A program made the position numbers and the translations under genes. Below the pieces are notes generated by a model, which saw only the letters and a program-made list of their open reading frames with translations, had not been told where the DNA came from and made no database searches. From a virus: DNA of 64,000 bases. The stretch covers positions 7,132 to 71,131 of IMG/VR virus record IMGVR_UViG_3300005654_000003. The stretch is one strand, 5' to 3'. Shown here piece after piece: positions 39,659 through 48,686 of this stretch (positions within the stretch are counted from its first letter, which is position 1; each line of letters starts with the position of its first letter).

Positions 39659-39928
39659 ATGGAATTTACAGAAGACGAATTAACAACTCTGGCCATATAT
39701 GCTCAAAAGTTTGACATGATGACCTTCAAAGAAAAGGCGAATGATATGTTAAGATCTAAAAAAGAAGCAATTACAGAAGATAGTTATGAAGATCTATACA
39801 ATGAAGCCGTAATAGAGATAGATGGATTAGAGTCGGAGATATGTGAGCTGGATAGAACCAATCAAAGATTAGAAGATGAAATTGATGGCTTAAATCAAGA
39901 AATATTATCATTAAAAAACGAACAATGA
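39659..39928 (+). CDS. acidic coiled-coil protein
   Basis: Heptad C-terminus IDGLESEICELDRTNQRLEDEIDGLNQEI. Confidence 0.6.
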   Translation: MEFTEDELTTLAIYAQKFDMMTFKEKANDMLRSKKEAITEDSYEDLYNEAVIEIDGLESEICELDRTNQRLEDEIDGLNQEILSLKNEQ

Positions 39929-40512
39929 ATACGCCTACAATAAATACGGCTTTTGAAGATTTAAAAACCATTGTTAAAGAATCCACAATAGATCATAATG
40001 ATGTACATAAATATAATATGTCATTAACTATTACAGATCCAGATAGTAGTGACATACCTTATGACATTAAAGAAATTGTAACTGCTAAATTAGATTTCTA
40101 TATGAATGGTGATTTATCTGTACCTCCATCACTACGACATCACTATGAGCATTTAATAAATGAGATAGGCAAGGTGAATTCTAACTATGGATGGCAAATG
40201 AAAAGGGCTATGCAGTTTGATATTGCTACAGAGAAACTTTTACATAATCCTGATTCATTAGATGCTTATGTAACTATATATGACGGTAAAGAGCAATCTC
40301 AACATGCTTACGACTCGCCTAACATACTTTCTATCGGTTTTCAGGCAGTTAATAACAAATTACATGTAAATGTACACATCAAGTCCTTTTCTGTCCACAA
40401 TGAGTTCCTACATGAGTCTTTATTGATTTTACAATTTTCACAAATGGTGGCCAGATCTTTATCGATGAGATTAAAACAAATTCATTTTTCTATTGACAAC
40501 TTAACTACCTAA
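39925..40512 (+). CDS. degenerate thymidylate synthase / dCMP hydroxymethylase (T4 gp42-like) homolog
   Basis: GKVNSNYGWQ and LLHNPDS match gp42-like motifs; the catalytic Cys and RSxD motifs are replaced. Confidence 0.65.
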   Translation: MNTPTINTAFEDLKTIVKESTIDHNDVHKYNMSLTITDPDSSDIPYDIKEIVTAKLDFYMNGDLSVPPSLRHHYEHLINEIGKVNSNYGWQMKRAMQFDIATEKLLHNPDSLDAYVTIYDGKEQSQHAYDSPNILSIGFQAVNNKLHVNVHIKSFSVHNEFLHESLLILQFSQMVARSLSMRLKQIHFSIDNLTT

Positions 40513-40518
40513 TTACAC

Positions 40519-40842
40519 ATGCAGATAAAAAAACACAAAATACGCCTCTATAAAAGGGCAATTAAAAATACATCTACACATCTATGGGAAGTAGAAAATC
40601 ACTGTAGTTACGCCTTCGATGCTCTAAATGCTAGAGAACAAATAGAATGTGCATGGTATCATTGCAAGAGACTAAAGGAAGAATTAGAGGAAAATTTCAA
40701 TGCAGATGAATACGATTACTATCTAAAAGAATCGAGTCGATTGAATTTAAAGATGAAAAATCTTGATAAGCAGATCGAATACTACTGCTCCAATGATAAA
40801 AAATATTGCATTGATACTGTACCCATGCAAATTCGTTCATAA
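40519..40842 (+). CDS. hypothetical protein
   Basis: 107 aa, last gene of the operon before a terminator. Confidence 0.6.
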   Translation: MQIKKHKIRLYKRAIKNTSTHLWEVENHCSYAFDALNAREQIECAWYHCKRLKEELEENFNADEYDYYLKESSRLNLKMKNLDKQIEYYCSNDKKYCIDTVPMQIRS

Positions 40843-40878
40843 CAAAAAAGCCCCAAGGATTTCTCCAAGGGGCTTTAC
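40843..40878. terminator. intrinsic terminator between convergent operons
   Basis: AAAAAAGCCCC...GGGGCTTT inverted repeat. Confidence 0.7.
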
Positions 40879-40899
40879 TGTTTACAGTTAATAGTAAAC

Positions 40900-41133
40900 T
40901 TATTTCACTGTATCTACTACTATAGTATCATTGATCACTGTATCAATTGGCATTACAATTGCCGTATCTACTACGGTACTATCTCCAATATTCAATTTAT
41001 CATTTACTGTCTCTTTAAAATCTGGAATTAAGAAGTAAGCTATTACGCCCACTACTGCAATTACTGCTACTGCTGTCTTTGTTCCTTTACTTTGGCCTTG
41101 AATCCAAGCCCATACTTTGTTTAATGTTTCCAT
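40900..41133 (-). CDS. small membrane protein with DT-rich exported tail
   Basis: TM AVAVIAVVGVIAYFLI; tail DSTVVDTAIVMPIDTVINDTIVVDTVK; TATATTTG upstream (about 41162-41169). Confidence 0.7.
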   Translation of the reverse strand: METLNKVWAWIQGQSKGTKTAVAVIAVVGVIAYFLIPDFKETVNDKLNIGDSTVVDTAIVMPIDTVINDTIVVDTVK

Positions 41134-41184
41134 TGTTAATTTTTGTGTTTAGTTACAATGCAAATATAGTAAACTATTTGAAAC

Positions 41185-41212
41185 AAAAAAGCCCCTATTG
41201 CAATAGGGGCTA
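41185..41212 (-). terminator. intrinsic terminator
   Basis: AAAAAAGCCCCTATTGCAATAGGGGCT, perfect stem; U-tract on the minus strand. Confidence 0.7.
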
Positions 41213-41313
41213 ATTTGCTCTTAACAAATAAAAAATATGAAAAATAAAGAACAATCATGAAACAAAAACATGAGTCCAAAACCATAAATCAAATATATAA
41301 CATTTTTTTCTAA

Positions 41314-41347
41314 TAAAAAAGCCCCTACCAAATAAATGATAGAGGCT
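41314..41347 (-). terminator. intrinsic terminator after tail tube gene
   Basis: AAAAAAGCCCCTA...TAGAGGCT imperfect stem; U-tract on the minus strand. Confidence 0.55.
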
Positions 41348-41385
41348 AGGGTCTAATAATATCTCATATTAGAGTAGTTAATCTA

Positions 41386-41907
41386 CTATGGGTTATACAC
41401 AATAGGATCTAAATATCTGAAACTCTGATCTTTACCAGAAACAACTCCCTCTGATATATTAATGTTTTCACTTTCAATGAAACATCTTGTCACAGTAGCC
41501 AATGGCTCAGACGTTGGTATAATTAATCCTGTGTTAGGATCAGGTGAACCAGCATCAGCAATCTTCTTATAAAGATCAATCTGTACTCCTATGTCATCTA
41601 ATGTAAGATTATCTTCAAAGTTTGAAGTGTTGATTCCATTTGCCACTTGTGAAGCTGCATTGGATATTCCTACATCACGTCTTACCGCACCTGGAATACC
41701 AGTCTTTCTGTAATCAATCATATAGAACGAACATGTTAATGATCCACTCCATTGAGTCACAGGTGCTTCCTGTGGTAAAATAGTTCCTAATCCTCTAATA
41801 TCGGCACGTTGGAATGAATCAGAGATTCTTACATCTCTCATAAGACCGACAACTTGCCCTCTTACTTTAATGATGGCTATCCCACCGTGCAAAACCTGAT
41901 TTGACAT
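41386..41907 (-). CDS. tail tube protein
   Basis: 173 aa after the sheath; IIKVRGQVVGLMRD...RGLGTILPQE...GSLTCSFY...SFRYLDP. Confidence 0.8.
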   Translation of the reverse strand: MSNQVLHGGIAIIKVRGQVVGLMRDVRISDSFQRADIRGLGTILPQEAPVTQWSGSLTCSFYMIDYRKTGIPGAVRRDVGISNAASQVANGINTSNFEDNLTLDDIGVQIDLYKKIADAGSPDPNTGLIIPTSEPLATVTRCFIESENINISEGVVSGKDQSFRYLDPIVYNP

Positions 41908-41940
41908 ATCTTTTTTCTTTTAATGTTATTATAAATATAA

Positions 41941-42564
41941 TTATTTCTTCTTTCTTGCAGCCCAACTTTTCTTGGATGCTTCCGACAATTTTTTTCTTGT
42001 TTCCTCCGATATACCCCTAGCACATCTTTTTTTTGCACTAATGGACATCTTGGTTTTTTGCTCATCAGTTGCTTTTCGCCCTAAATGAATCTCCCTCATT
42101 CGCCTTTTAAACCCATCAGTCCTTTTCTTGCCTTGATTTGCAAGTGATATTTTACGCTTTGTCTCTTCTGACATCTTCATGCCCTTTGTTGGCGACACTC
42201 TTCCTTTAAATGCCTTGGACACCTTATCTTTAGTTTCCTGCGAATGCTTTTTGCCTGTATTATATATTCTTAATTTCTCTTTTGTAGAAGCAGCACATGG
42301 GCTTGATTTGCCACCAGATTCTATATTGTAGAACAAGCTAGATTGGTCAGCACCATAGTACTCTATATAGTATTTTTCCAAATCATTTAATTGACTAGAG
42401 TCTTCTGCATGAGCTAAGATTTCTTTTTTAAAATTCTCTTTACCGTACTTATTTATTGCTTTTTTAATTAATGTTCCAGAACCATAATAGGCAGGATTGT
42501 CATTGCAATCCTGCCCTATGTATTTTCTTCCGTTAACTAAATTAGTGGTACAGTAAACAATCAT
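41941..42564 (-). mobile_element. free-standing GIY-YIG homing endonuclease with NUMOD3-type repeats (Seg-like)
   Basis: IVYCTTNLVNGRKYIG...YYGSG...KYGKENFKKEIL...LEKYYI; HSQETKDKVS and MSEETKRKIS repeats. Confidence 0.88.
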
Positions 42565-42567
42565 TTA

Positions 42568-44205
42568 TTAAACTTCAACTATTAATCCTGTGAAGAATAT
42601 GAAGTTGATCTCACTATTCGGTACAAACTTATATTGAACAGAATAAGCATCTTGATTTCTACTAACAGTGATGTCATAGAAGTCTAGGATTAGATTATCT
42701 GATCCAGGTAATGCTTTCTTTGTTCTCAAATATCCAGTTAACCATGCCTTCACATCTTCTGGTGAAAGAGTGTTTCTGTTAGTTCCCACTGGGTTCTTGC
42801 ATAGTTGCTGCTTAGCATTAATGATAATCTCCTTATTTAACTGTCTCGCAATTCTTCTGATCTGCTTAGAATGAGTCGTTCCATCTTCATTTACTAAGAA
42901 TGTATTCTTTTGTAATGTATTCACGCCCTTAATAACGTCAAATGAAGCTCCATCTAATCTAACCACTACTACACCTGCATCTAATGCCTGAGTAACTTCT
43001 TTGTCAGTTAAATCATGCTGTAAAGAATCTACATTGATGTTTTTAAACGTCAATGGCACTTGTGGTGCTATTCCAGCTTCACGACCTAATACGGCTGCTG
43101 CTGTGTACATTGCACTGTAAAGTTTTAATCCTTGTCTTGTTATTTGTCTTGGGCCACCATGAACAACTGTTACTCTATCGTTATCGTAGAATTGGGCTGT
43201 AGCAAGTGAAAGAGCAAACTCATTTCTATCTTTACCACCAGCTACTACAAGCTCAGGTTTAAATACTGACTCATTATTAATGAATTCAGCTAATCTAAAG
43301 TTTAATGCACTTTGAGCATCTGCACCCCATTGGTCTGCAAGTATATATGAACTTTGATCATCTTTGATTGCTTCTAAGGCATCTTCAATAATTCCTGATA
43401 CTGCATAATCCTCTGTTCCCCCTGTCGCTAATTCATAGTCAACATAAGCATCTAAGTCATCTGAACCAATAGATCCATCACCCGTTACTGTAGATGCCTT
43501 TACTTTAAAGTTCTTTTGGAATTCAGAGTCAGTCTTCATCCATGTAATAAGTGTTTCAATATTATTGAATTCAGGTGAGCTGATCAATAATCTTGGCTTA
43601 GAATCTGCTTCACTGATATTATCATAAGGAAGTCCATTCTCATCTAATCCAGTGTAAGATCCTACATAAAACTTCATCATGAACTTAGAGCTATCGATTA
43701 ACCCTGTAGTCATCTTAGTTGCAAAACCCTTTATTAGTTCATCTGTTGCATTTAATACACCATTTGCACCCAACCCCTCATCAGTTACTTGAAGAGTGAT
43801 TGAACCACCCTCTGTACCAGCAGAAGAGTCACTTGCACCAGTAAACGTTAATCCAATTTCTGCTGCTGTAGTAGCTGCTGCTCTGATATAAGTTAATTTA
43901 CTAATCCCTGAGAAATTTAAACCTGCTGGCCTAAATAATGGGGAAGCCAATAACCACCAAAGTCCACCTTTAGTAAATTCTCTAAAGTCTTGAATGTTAT
44001 CGAATTCATATACGGCTTTTTTACCGCTTTCTAATTGTCCTTGAATTCCAGCACCACCACCAAAACCTGCTCCCGATCCTGTGTCAATGACTACTACATT
44101 GCCATAAGGTAAATTGAGTGTAGGGTTTTTAATACCTGATTTGATGTTTGAATAAACACCTGGAATTTTTATCGTATTTCCATTAAAATTGAAACTTGTT
44201 GCCAT
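42568..44205 (-). CDS. tail sheath protein
   Basis: FNGNTIKIPGVYS, YIRAA, LATAQFYDNDRV, PQVPLTFK, GVNTLQ, IRRIARQL, INFIFFT. Confidence 0.88.
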   Translation of the reverse strand: MATSFNFNGNTIKIPGVYSNIKSGIKNPTLNLPYGNVVVIDTGSGAGFGGGAGIQGQLESGKKAVYEFDNIQDFREFTKGGLWWLLASPLFRPAGLNFSGISKLTYIRAAATTAAEIGLTFTGASDSSAGTEGGSITLQVTDEGLGANGVLNATDELIKGFATKMTTGLIDSSKFMMKFYVGSYTGLDENGLPYDNISEADSKPRLLISSPEFNNIETLITWMKTDSEFQKNFKVKASTVTGDGSIGSDDLDAYVDYELATGGTEDYAVSGIIEDALEAIKDDQSSYILADQWGADAQSALNFRLAEFINNESVFKPELVVAGGKDRNEFALSLATAQFYDNDRVTVVHGGPRQITRQGLKLYSAMYTAAAVLGREAGIAPQVPLTFKNINVDSLQHDLTDKEVTQALDAGVVVVRLDGASFDVIKGVNTLQKNTFLVNEDGTTHSKQIRRIARQLNKEIIINAKQQLCKNPVGTNRNTLSPEDVKAWLTGYLRTKKALPGSDNLILDFYDITVSRNQDAYSVQYKFVPNSEINFIFFTGLIVEV

Positions 44206-44271
44206 CTATAATCGTTTGAAAAGTTTGTAATATAAAAATAACTAAAGCAAAACTTATGTGTTTTGGGTGCT

Positions 44272-44625
44272 CTAGCTTAGTTTTTCTTTTGTCATAATCG
44301 CTTTCCATTCTTCTATTGGAAATTGATGCATTGAATACTTCTTTACTAAGAAGTTCTTATTGAATCCACGAATATTTGCTTGTTTACAAAAATCAAAAGC
44401 AGACATGGGCATATAGTCTTTTATTTCTACCCCTGCAAATTCTTCCAACGCCATTTCTGCTGCCAATGGCTGCACTTCTTCTACTTTATGCAGACTGTCT
44501 GCATCGTTTGAAGTTGATGTAAGAGACTGACTATTAAGTACATCAAATAACTCTTGCTTTGTGCTTTTTGGATCAAAATCAATACCTAAGTATTGTAATT
44601 CACGAATAATATCTTTTTTTGTCAT
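44272..44625 (-). CDS. hypothetical late protein with N-terminal HeH/LEM-like module
   Basis: TKKDIIRELQYLGIDFDPKSTKQELFDVL; late-type motif upstream. Confidence 0.55.
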   Translation of the reverse strand: MTKKDIIRELQYLGIDFDPKSTKQELFDVLNSQSLTSTSNDADSLHKVEEVQPLAAEMALEEFAGVEIKDYMPMSAFDFCKQANIRGFNKNFLVKKYSMHQFPIEEWKAIMTKEKLS

Positions 44626-44681
44626 AACAATTTATTTATATAAATATAATTATTATGAGAATGAGTGAATTATGTACTCAT

Positions 44682-45221
44682 TCATTTCAAGATAGATCCA
44701 TGTAGAGTAGTGACTGCCATCCACGCCTTTTGTATTCTAACGCTGTGATACTCTCTATACAGGCAGTCAACAAAGAACTGATGTTCTTTGAGATACATAT
44801 CTAGCTTCTTTTTATTTCCAGACTTCCATGAATACCTTAAATTACAATATCGATCCGCTAATTTAACTATCAATGCGGACTCATTATTAATGAGATGTGC
44901 GTATGTTTTTAACTTTCGATCCTTCCGATGCTCACCATCTTCATCAGTTACGTCACATATGATTGCTGCCGTCTCAGTATTGGGACATGCATCTACTAAA
45001 TCAAACCAATGAATACCTGTATCTTCTAGGATGTCATGAAGAGCTCCTGCTATTATTTCATCTTCTGTTGCATTCCATTTCATTAAGACCCCTACCACTT
45101 GACTTAAATGATATATGTACGGCTTATTACCGTACATTTGGTTTCCATGGTACTGAGTAGCTAATTTGAACGCTTTTAGAAGATCAGTCATTGTTGTTCG
45201 TTTGGGTAAAACTCTGGCCAT
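44682..45221 (-). CDS. HD-domain hydrolase of the RelA/SpoT family (small alarmone hydrolase / Mesh1-like)
   Basis: AFKLATQYHGNQ, KPYIYHL, AGALHDILEDT, VTDED, IVKLADRYCNLR. Confidence 0.85.
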   Translation of the reverse strand: MARVLPKRTTMTDLLKAFKLATQYHGNQMYGNKPYIYHLSQVVGVLMKWNATEDEIIAGALHDILEDTGIHWFDLVDACPNTETAAIICDVTDEDGEHRKDRKLKTYAHLINNESALIVKLADRYCNLRYSWKSGNKKKLDMYLKEHQFFVDCLYREYHSVRIQKAWMAVTTLHGSILK

Positions 45222-45421
45222 GTTTCAATGGCATATGATTTATTTACTGTATAACAGTTCATAGCACAAATTTCTTCAAGGGCATATAAGTCATGAATAT
45301 CTTTTTTAGATTGATTTCTACCAACTATTTTATTTCTATTGGTGGCTAATGTCTCTAAATGCTTATCTATATTAGCCAATTCATCTGGGCTTAAATGCTT
45401 TCTTAAATGTTTGTATTCCAT
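45188..45421 (-). CDS. hypothetical protein
   Basis: 77 aa ORF. Confidence 0.55.
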   Translation of the reverse strand: MEYKHLRKHLSPDELANIDKHLETLATNRNKIVGRNQSKKDIHDLYALEEICAMNCYTVNKSYAIETWPEFYPNEQQ

Positions 45422-45570
45422 GTTATGTTTTGATTGAGTATAAATGTAACAATTATTGTCGCATATTGTTACGATATTTGCGACAAAATTACTACTACTC
45501 TTTATGCTTTTTCTTTCTTGTGTACTTCTTCTTATCCTTATGTACCTGAGTAGAAGCCTTTAACGATCCA

Positions 45571-45843
45571 TCATGAGGATTGATCATTCTGCTTTTTTTC
45601 TTCTTTGTAGAAGATTTGTCCGCTTTCTTTGAATGCTTTTTTGAGCTCATCTAACTGTTCTTTGGTTAATTCCTTATCAAATGTGAGCAATCCTTGTGGA
45701 TTCTTACCGTTTCTTTGATCACTAACTGCTTTTGAAATGTCAGTAAATTTGCTGAGCTTCACATACAGTTTGCTATATATGGGTGTCCAAGTAAACCAAA
45801 AAGGTACTGTCCAACCTCTAACTCTCTTTTGCCACCACTTCAT
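45571..45843 (-). CDS. hypothetical protein
   Basis: 90 aa directly after the RNA ligase. Confidence 0.5.
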   Translation of the reverse strand: MKWWQKRVRGWTVPFWFTWTPIYSKLYVKLSKFTDISKAVSDQRNGKNPQGLLTFDKELTKEQLDELKKAFKESGQIFYKEEKKQNDQSS

Positions 45844-45844
45844 A

Positions 45845-46753
45845 TCAAAATACCATTGGTAAATGTTCCTTCACTTTACTGATCGTACAGTTAAGCAATC
45901 TCTTAAAATCTATTGTTGGATTCTTGTGCTCTTTTATGAAATTCCAGCAGTCTTCTCTCACTAGATCGTAATAGACCGTGTTTAAGAGCCTTGGAATGTA
46001 TTTACTACTCCAATCACCCATATCATTCTCTATCTTGGCCTGAATCTTCTCACAGAGGGCTTTAGTCACGTATTTGTCCACTATCTTTCTTTCCACTGGC
46101 ACAAATTCCACTTCTGGTGCTCCCATAGTCTTTGTATGCACTTCTTTGAACTCAGAGGTGACAAACTTAGCCCACGTGACTCTACCGTATTTATTCACGT
46201 AACCATAACGCTTCACTACTACACCCTCTCCAACTCCTTTTCCATCTTCTACTAAGAATTTATTATTGTATTTTGCCTGAAATATTATGTCATCTTCTGA
46301 TGGAAATGATAATATCTTGATTGGTGGAATGTAATCTATCTGGTATTCTTCTAATAATGGCTGGTACTCTTCATATGTCCAATACCTATATGACCCATCT
46401 GGATTATCTTCTACTACATCGAATACATAGAACTTATTTAATGCTTCTTTTCTGTAATTCTTGAAACTGTGCTGCACGAGCCATTCACCAAATACCCTTA
46501 ATGCTGGATAGTGATGTAACAATAAATTGATACCAGCATGCTCACTCACGTACCCATAGAAGCCTCTATTATCTCTTTCTCCTAGCTCTAATGTTCTATT
46601 TCTTGATCCAGCTCTAGTAATGCCCGTTATATCTTTCCACACTGATGCATTTGTTCCATCCAGTTTTGGAAATATATAGCACTTACCGTCCAATATTCCA
46701 TTCACTTCTGTTGTTCCTAACCTACAAAGGCTTTGGTATTTGTTAAATTCCAT
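45845..46753 (-). CDS. ATP-dependent RNA ligase (Rnl2-like)
   Basis: Motif I PKLDGTNASV, VFGEWL, FYVFDV, GEGVVVK, WAKFV. Confidence 0.85.
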   Translation of the reverse strand: MEFNKYQSLCRLGTTEVNGILDGKCYIFPKLDGTNASVWKDITGITRAGSRNRTLELGERDNRGFYGYVSEHAGINLLLHHYPALRVFGEWLVQHSFKNYRKEALNKFYVFDVVEDNPDGSYRYWTYEEYQPLLEEYQIDYIPPIKILSFPSEDDIIFQAKYNNKFLVEDGKGVGEGVVVKRYGYVNKYGRVTWAKFVTSEFKEVHTKTMGAPEVEFVPVERKIVDKYVTKALCEKIQAKIENDMGDWSSKYIPRLLNTVYYDLVREDCWNFIKEHKNPTIDFKRLLNCTISKVKEHLPMVF

Positions 46754-46772
46754 GAAACAAACTTAAATAAAA

Positions 46773-47186
46773 TTATAGAGAATCTACGTAATCCTGAATG
46801 ATTTTGTGCATCTTGGTCTTAGATAAGGGCTTTCTAAGGAAACTACCAACTTGTTTAAATGCTTTTGCTTTTTTAATGTCAGCATCGTCATACGAGTTAC
46901 TCACCATGGCAATTAAGGTAATTTTATCTGAATAAGGTAATGCTATGAACTCATCTAAGAACTCCCATCCATTCATTACTGGCATATTTATATCCAGAAG
47001 CACAAGTGATGGTAGCGGTTCACCATGTGCATGGCAGTCTTTTATATGGTTAATTGCCTCTAATCCGTTATAAGCTACCCTTATTTCATCTACAGTTACA
47101 GATGAGTCCTTAATTAATATCTTATTTAAGAAATTAGTGGCCTCATCGTCATCTACGAGCATTATTGATTCTATACGATTTATCAT
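46773..47186 (-). CDS. single-domain response regulator (receiver)
   Basis: IMLVDDD, LVLLDINMPVMNGWEFL, MVSNS, FLRKPL. Confidence 0.95.
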   Translation of the reverse strand: MINRIESIMLVDDDEATNFLNKILIKDSSVTVDEIRVAYNGLEAINHIKDCHAHGEPLPSLVLLDINMPVMNGWEFLDEFIALPYSDKITLIAMVSNSYDDADIKKAKAFKQVGSFLRKPLSKTKMHKIIQDYVDSL

Positions 47187-48301
47187 TCCAGTTGTTTGTT
47201 TATGGTGAAAAAGAAATCTGATCCACCTATTTTATTACCCTTTACCCATATATTGCCGTCATGTAAAGAAACTATTTTTTTACAATGTGATAGTCCAATA
47301 CCTATACCTGCATACGCATGTCTATCATGTAGTCTCTGGAATAATTTAAACACCCTGTCTTGATGTTCTTTTGGAATTCCGATGCCGTTATCTGATACGC
47401 AGAATTCATAATGGTCTTCCTTGTCAATACAGGAAATCTCTATCTCTGGTGTAACGCCCTCTCTAACATACTTAATGGCATTAGATATGAGATTTTGAAA
47501 GAGCATTTGTAGCTCTAATCTATAACCCTTTACCGTTGGTAGACTTTTTACTTTGATATTTGATTCAATACCTACTTCACCTTTGTCAATAGAAAAGTCA
47601 ATAACAGACTTCACTAAGTTATTACAGCTAATGGCATTAGATAATGGCGACCTACCTAACTTAGAATAAGCCAATATGCCCTTAATTAATTTACTCATAC
47701 GAACAGTAGAGTCGGCTACGAATTCTAAACTCTTTTTACCTGTCTCATCTAATTTGTCTTTATACTCATCTATAATGAAGTCGCAATAAGACTGAATGAT
47801 TCTCAATGGCTCTTGCAAGTCATGTGAAGCGATGTAGGAAAATTCTTCTACTTCTTTATTCTTTTGTCTTAAATCGCTTATCTTATTCTTTAAAGCCTCA
47901 TTTTTCTTTTCCAACTCTTTTCTTGTTACAACCTGATCAGTAATAACTTCTGTGAACATAATAATTCCTTTGATCTCATCTAAGTTGTTTCTCCATGGTC
48001 TAAGCTCAGCTCTGATATATACTATTGATCCATCGTCTCTTACCCATTCTTCTTCTTCTGACCTCCATACCTTGCCACGCAAAGTATCTTGATGGTCTTG
48101 TTTCCAGCGTTCTAAAATATCTGGAAATACTTCATAGTGAGATCTACCGTGTAAATCTTGATCGCCTAGCTCATAATCTTTGAGCCATCTGTCACTATAT
48201 GCAATATACTCTATATTCTCATTGAACATAGCTACTGCTGCTGGTACGTGCTTAATTAAAAACCTAAAGTTATTTGTGCTATTTTGAACCATTGCTGTCA
48301 T
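47183..48301 (-). CDS. cytoplasmic PAS-domain sensor histidine kinase
   Basis: PAS (YSDRW...GRSHYEVFP...W..DDG), coiled coil, H-box SHDLQEPLR, N-box QNLISNAIKY, DNGIGIP, FKLFQRL, GIGIGLSHCKKIV; no TM segment. Confidence 0.96.
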   Translation of the reverse strand: MTAMVQNSTNNFRFLIKHVPAAVAMFNENIEYIAYSDRWLKDYELGDQDLHGRSHYEVFPDILERWKQDHQDTLRGKVWRSEEEEWVRDDGSIVYIRAELRPWRNNLDEIKGIIMFTEVITDQVVTRKELEKKNEALKNKISDLRQKNKEVEEFSYIASHDLQEPLRIIQSYCDFIIDEYKDKLDETGKKSLEFVADSTVRMSKLIKGILAYSKLGRSPLSNAISCNNLVKSVIDFSIDKGEVGIESNIKVKSLPTVKGYRLELQMLFQNLISNAIKYVREGVTPEIEISCIDKEDHYEFCVSDNGIGIPKEHQDRVFKLFQRLHDRHAYAGIGIGLSHCKKIVSLHDGNIWVKGNKIGGSDFFFTINKQLE

Positions 48302-48686
48302 TTATTAATGAAGAAATAAACTCATCTGTGATTTCTTCTTTGTGTACGACATTCTTGTAGATGCGATCTAATCTTTTTGCACCCTCTTCACTTGAAGTCA
48401 TAATAACGATTTTAACATCACCTACTAAATCTTTGATAATGGGCAAGCTGAATTCACCATCCATGCCATTTAAAGAATTATCTAATAAGACAAGCCCATA
48501 CTCTTTATCTGTGAGCATCCATGTAGCCTTTTCTACACTATCGATTGAATCTATGAATACATTGGGATGCTTGTTGAACTTTTGTGTTAATAGAAACACA
48601 TAAGCATCTGAATCTTCTATGATCAAGACATCTAATCTTTTTTGCTTTTTACTGAACGAAAACATATTTTTAACTGCATTTAACAT
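48279..48686 (-). CDS. single-domain response regulator (receiver)
   Basis: VLIIEDS, LVLLDNSLNGMDG, IVIMTSS, VVHK. Confidence 0.9.
   Translation of the reverse strand: MLNAVKNMFSFSKKQKRLDVLIIEDSDAYVFLLTQKFNKHPNVFIDSIDSVEKATWMLTDKEYGLVLLDNSLNGMDGEFSLPIIKDLVGDVKIVIMTSSEEGAKRLDRIYKNVVHKEEITDEFISSLINDSNGSK

Noticed and set aside
41134-41385. Structured ncRNA in the gap holding two hairpins
   Set aside because: Both hairpins have U-tracts and fit ordinary terminators after the tube gene; the rest is low-complexity A-rich sequence.
41941-42564. Group I intron interrupting sheath or tube gene
   Set aside because: The sheath has a complete C-terminus and stop, the tube has its own start and late motif, and no room remains for intron core elements.
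46773-48686. Host chromosomal region or prophage boundary explaining the two-component genes
   Set aside because: Both flanks are small phage ORFs, RNA ligase and antirepressor; there is no integrase, att-like repeat or housekeeping gene, and the operon has the phage late-type motif. A misassembly cannot be excluded without reads.
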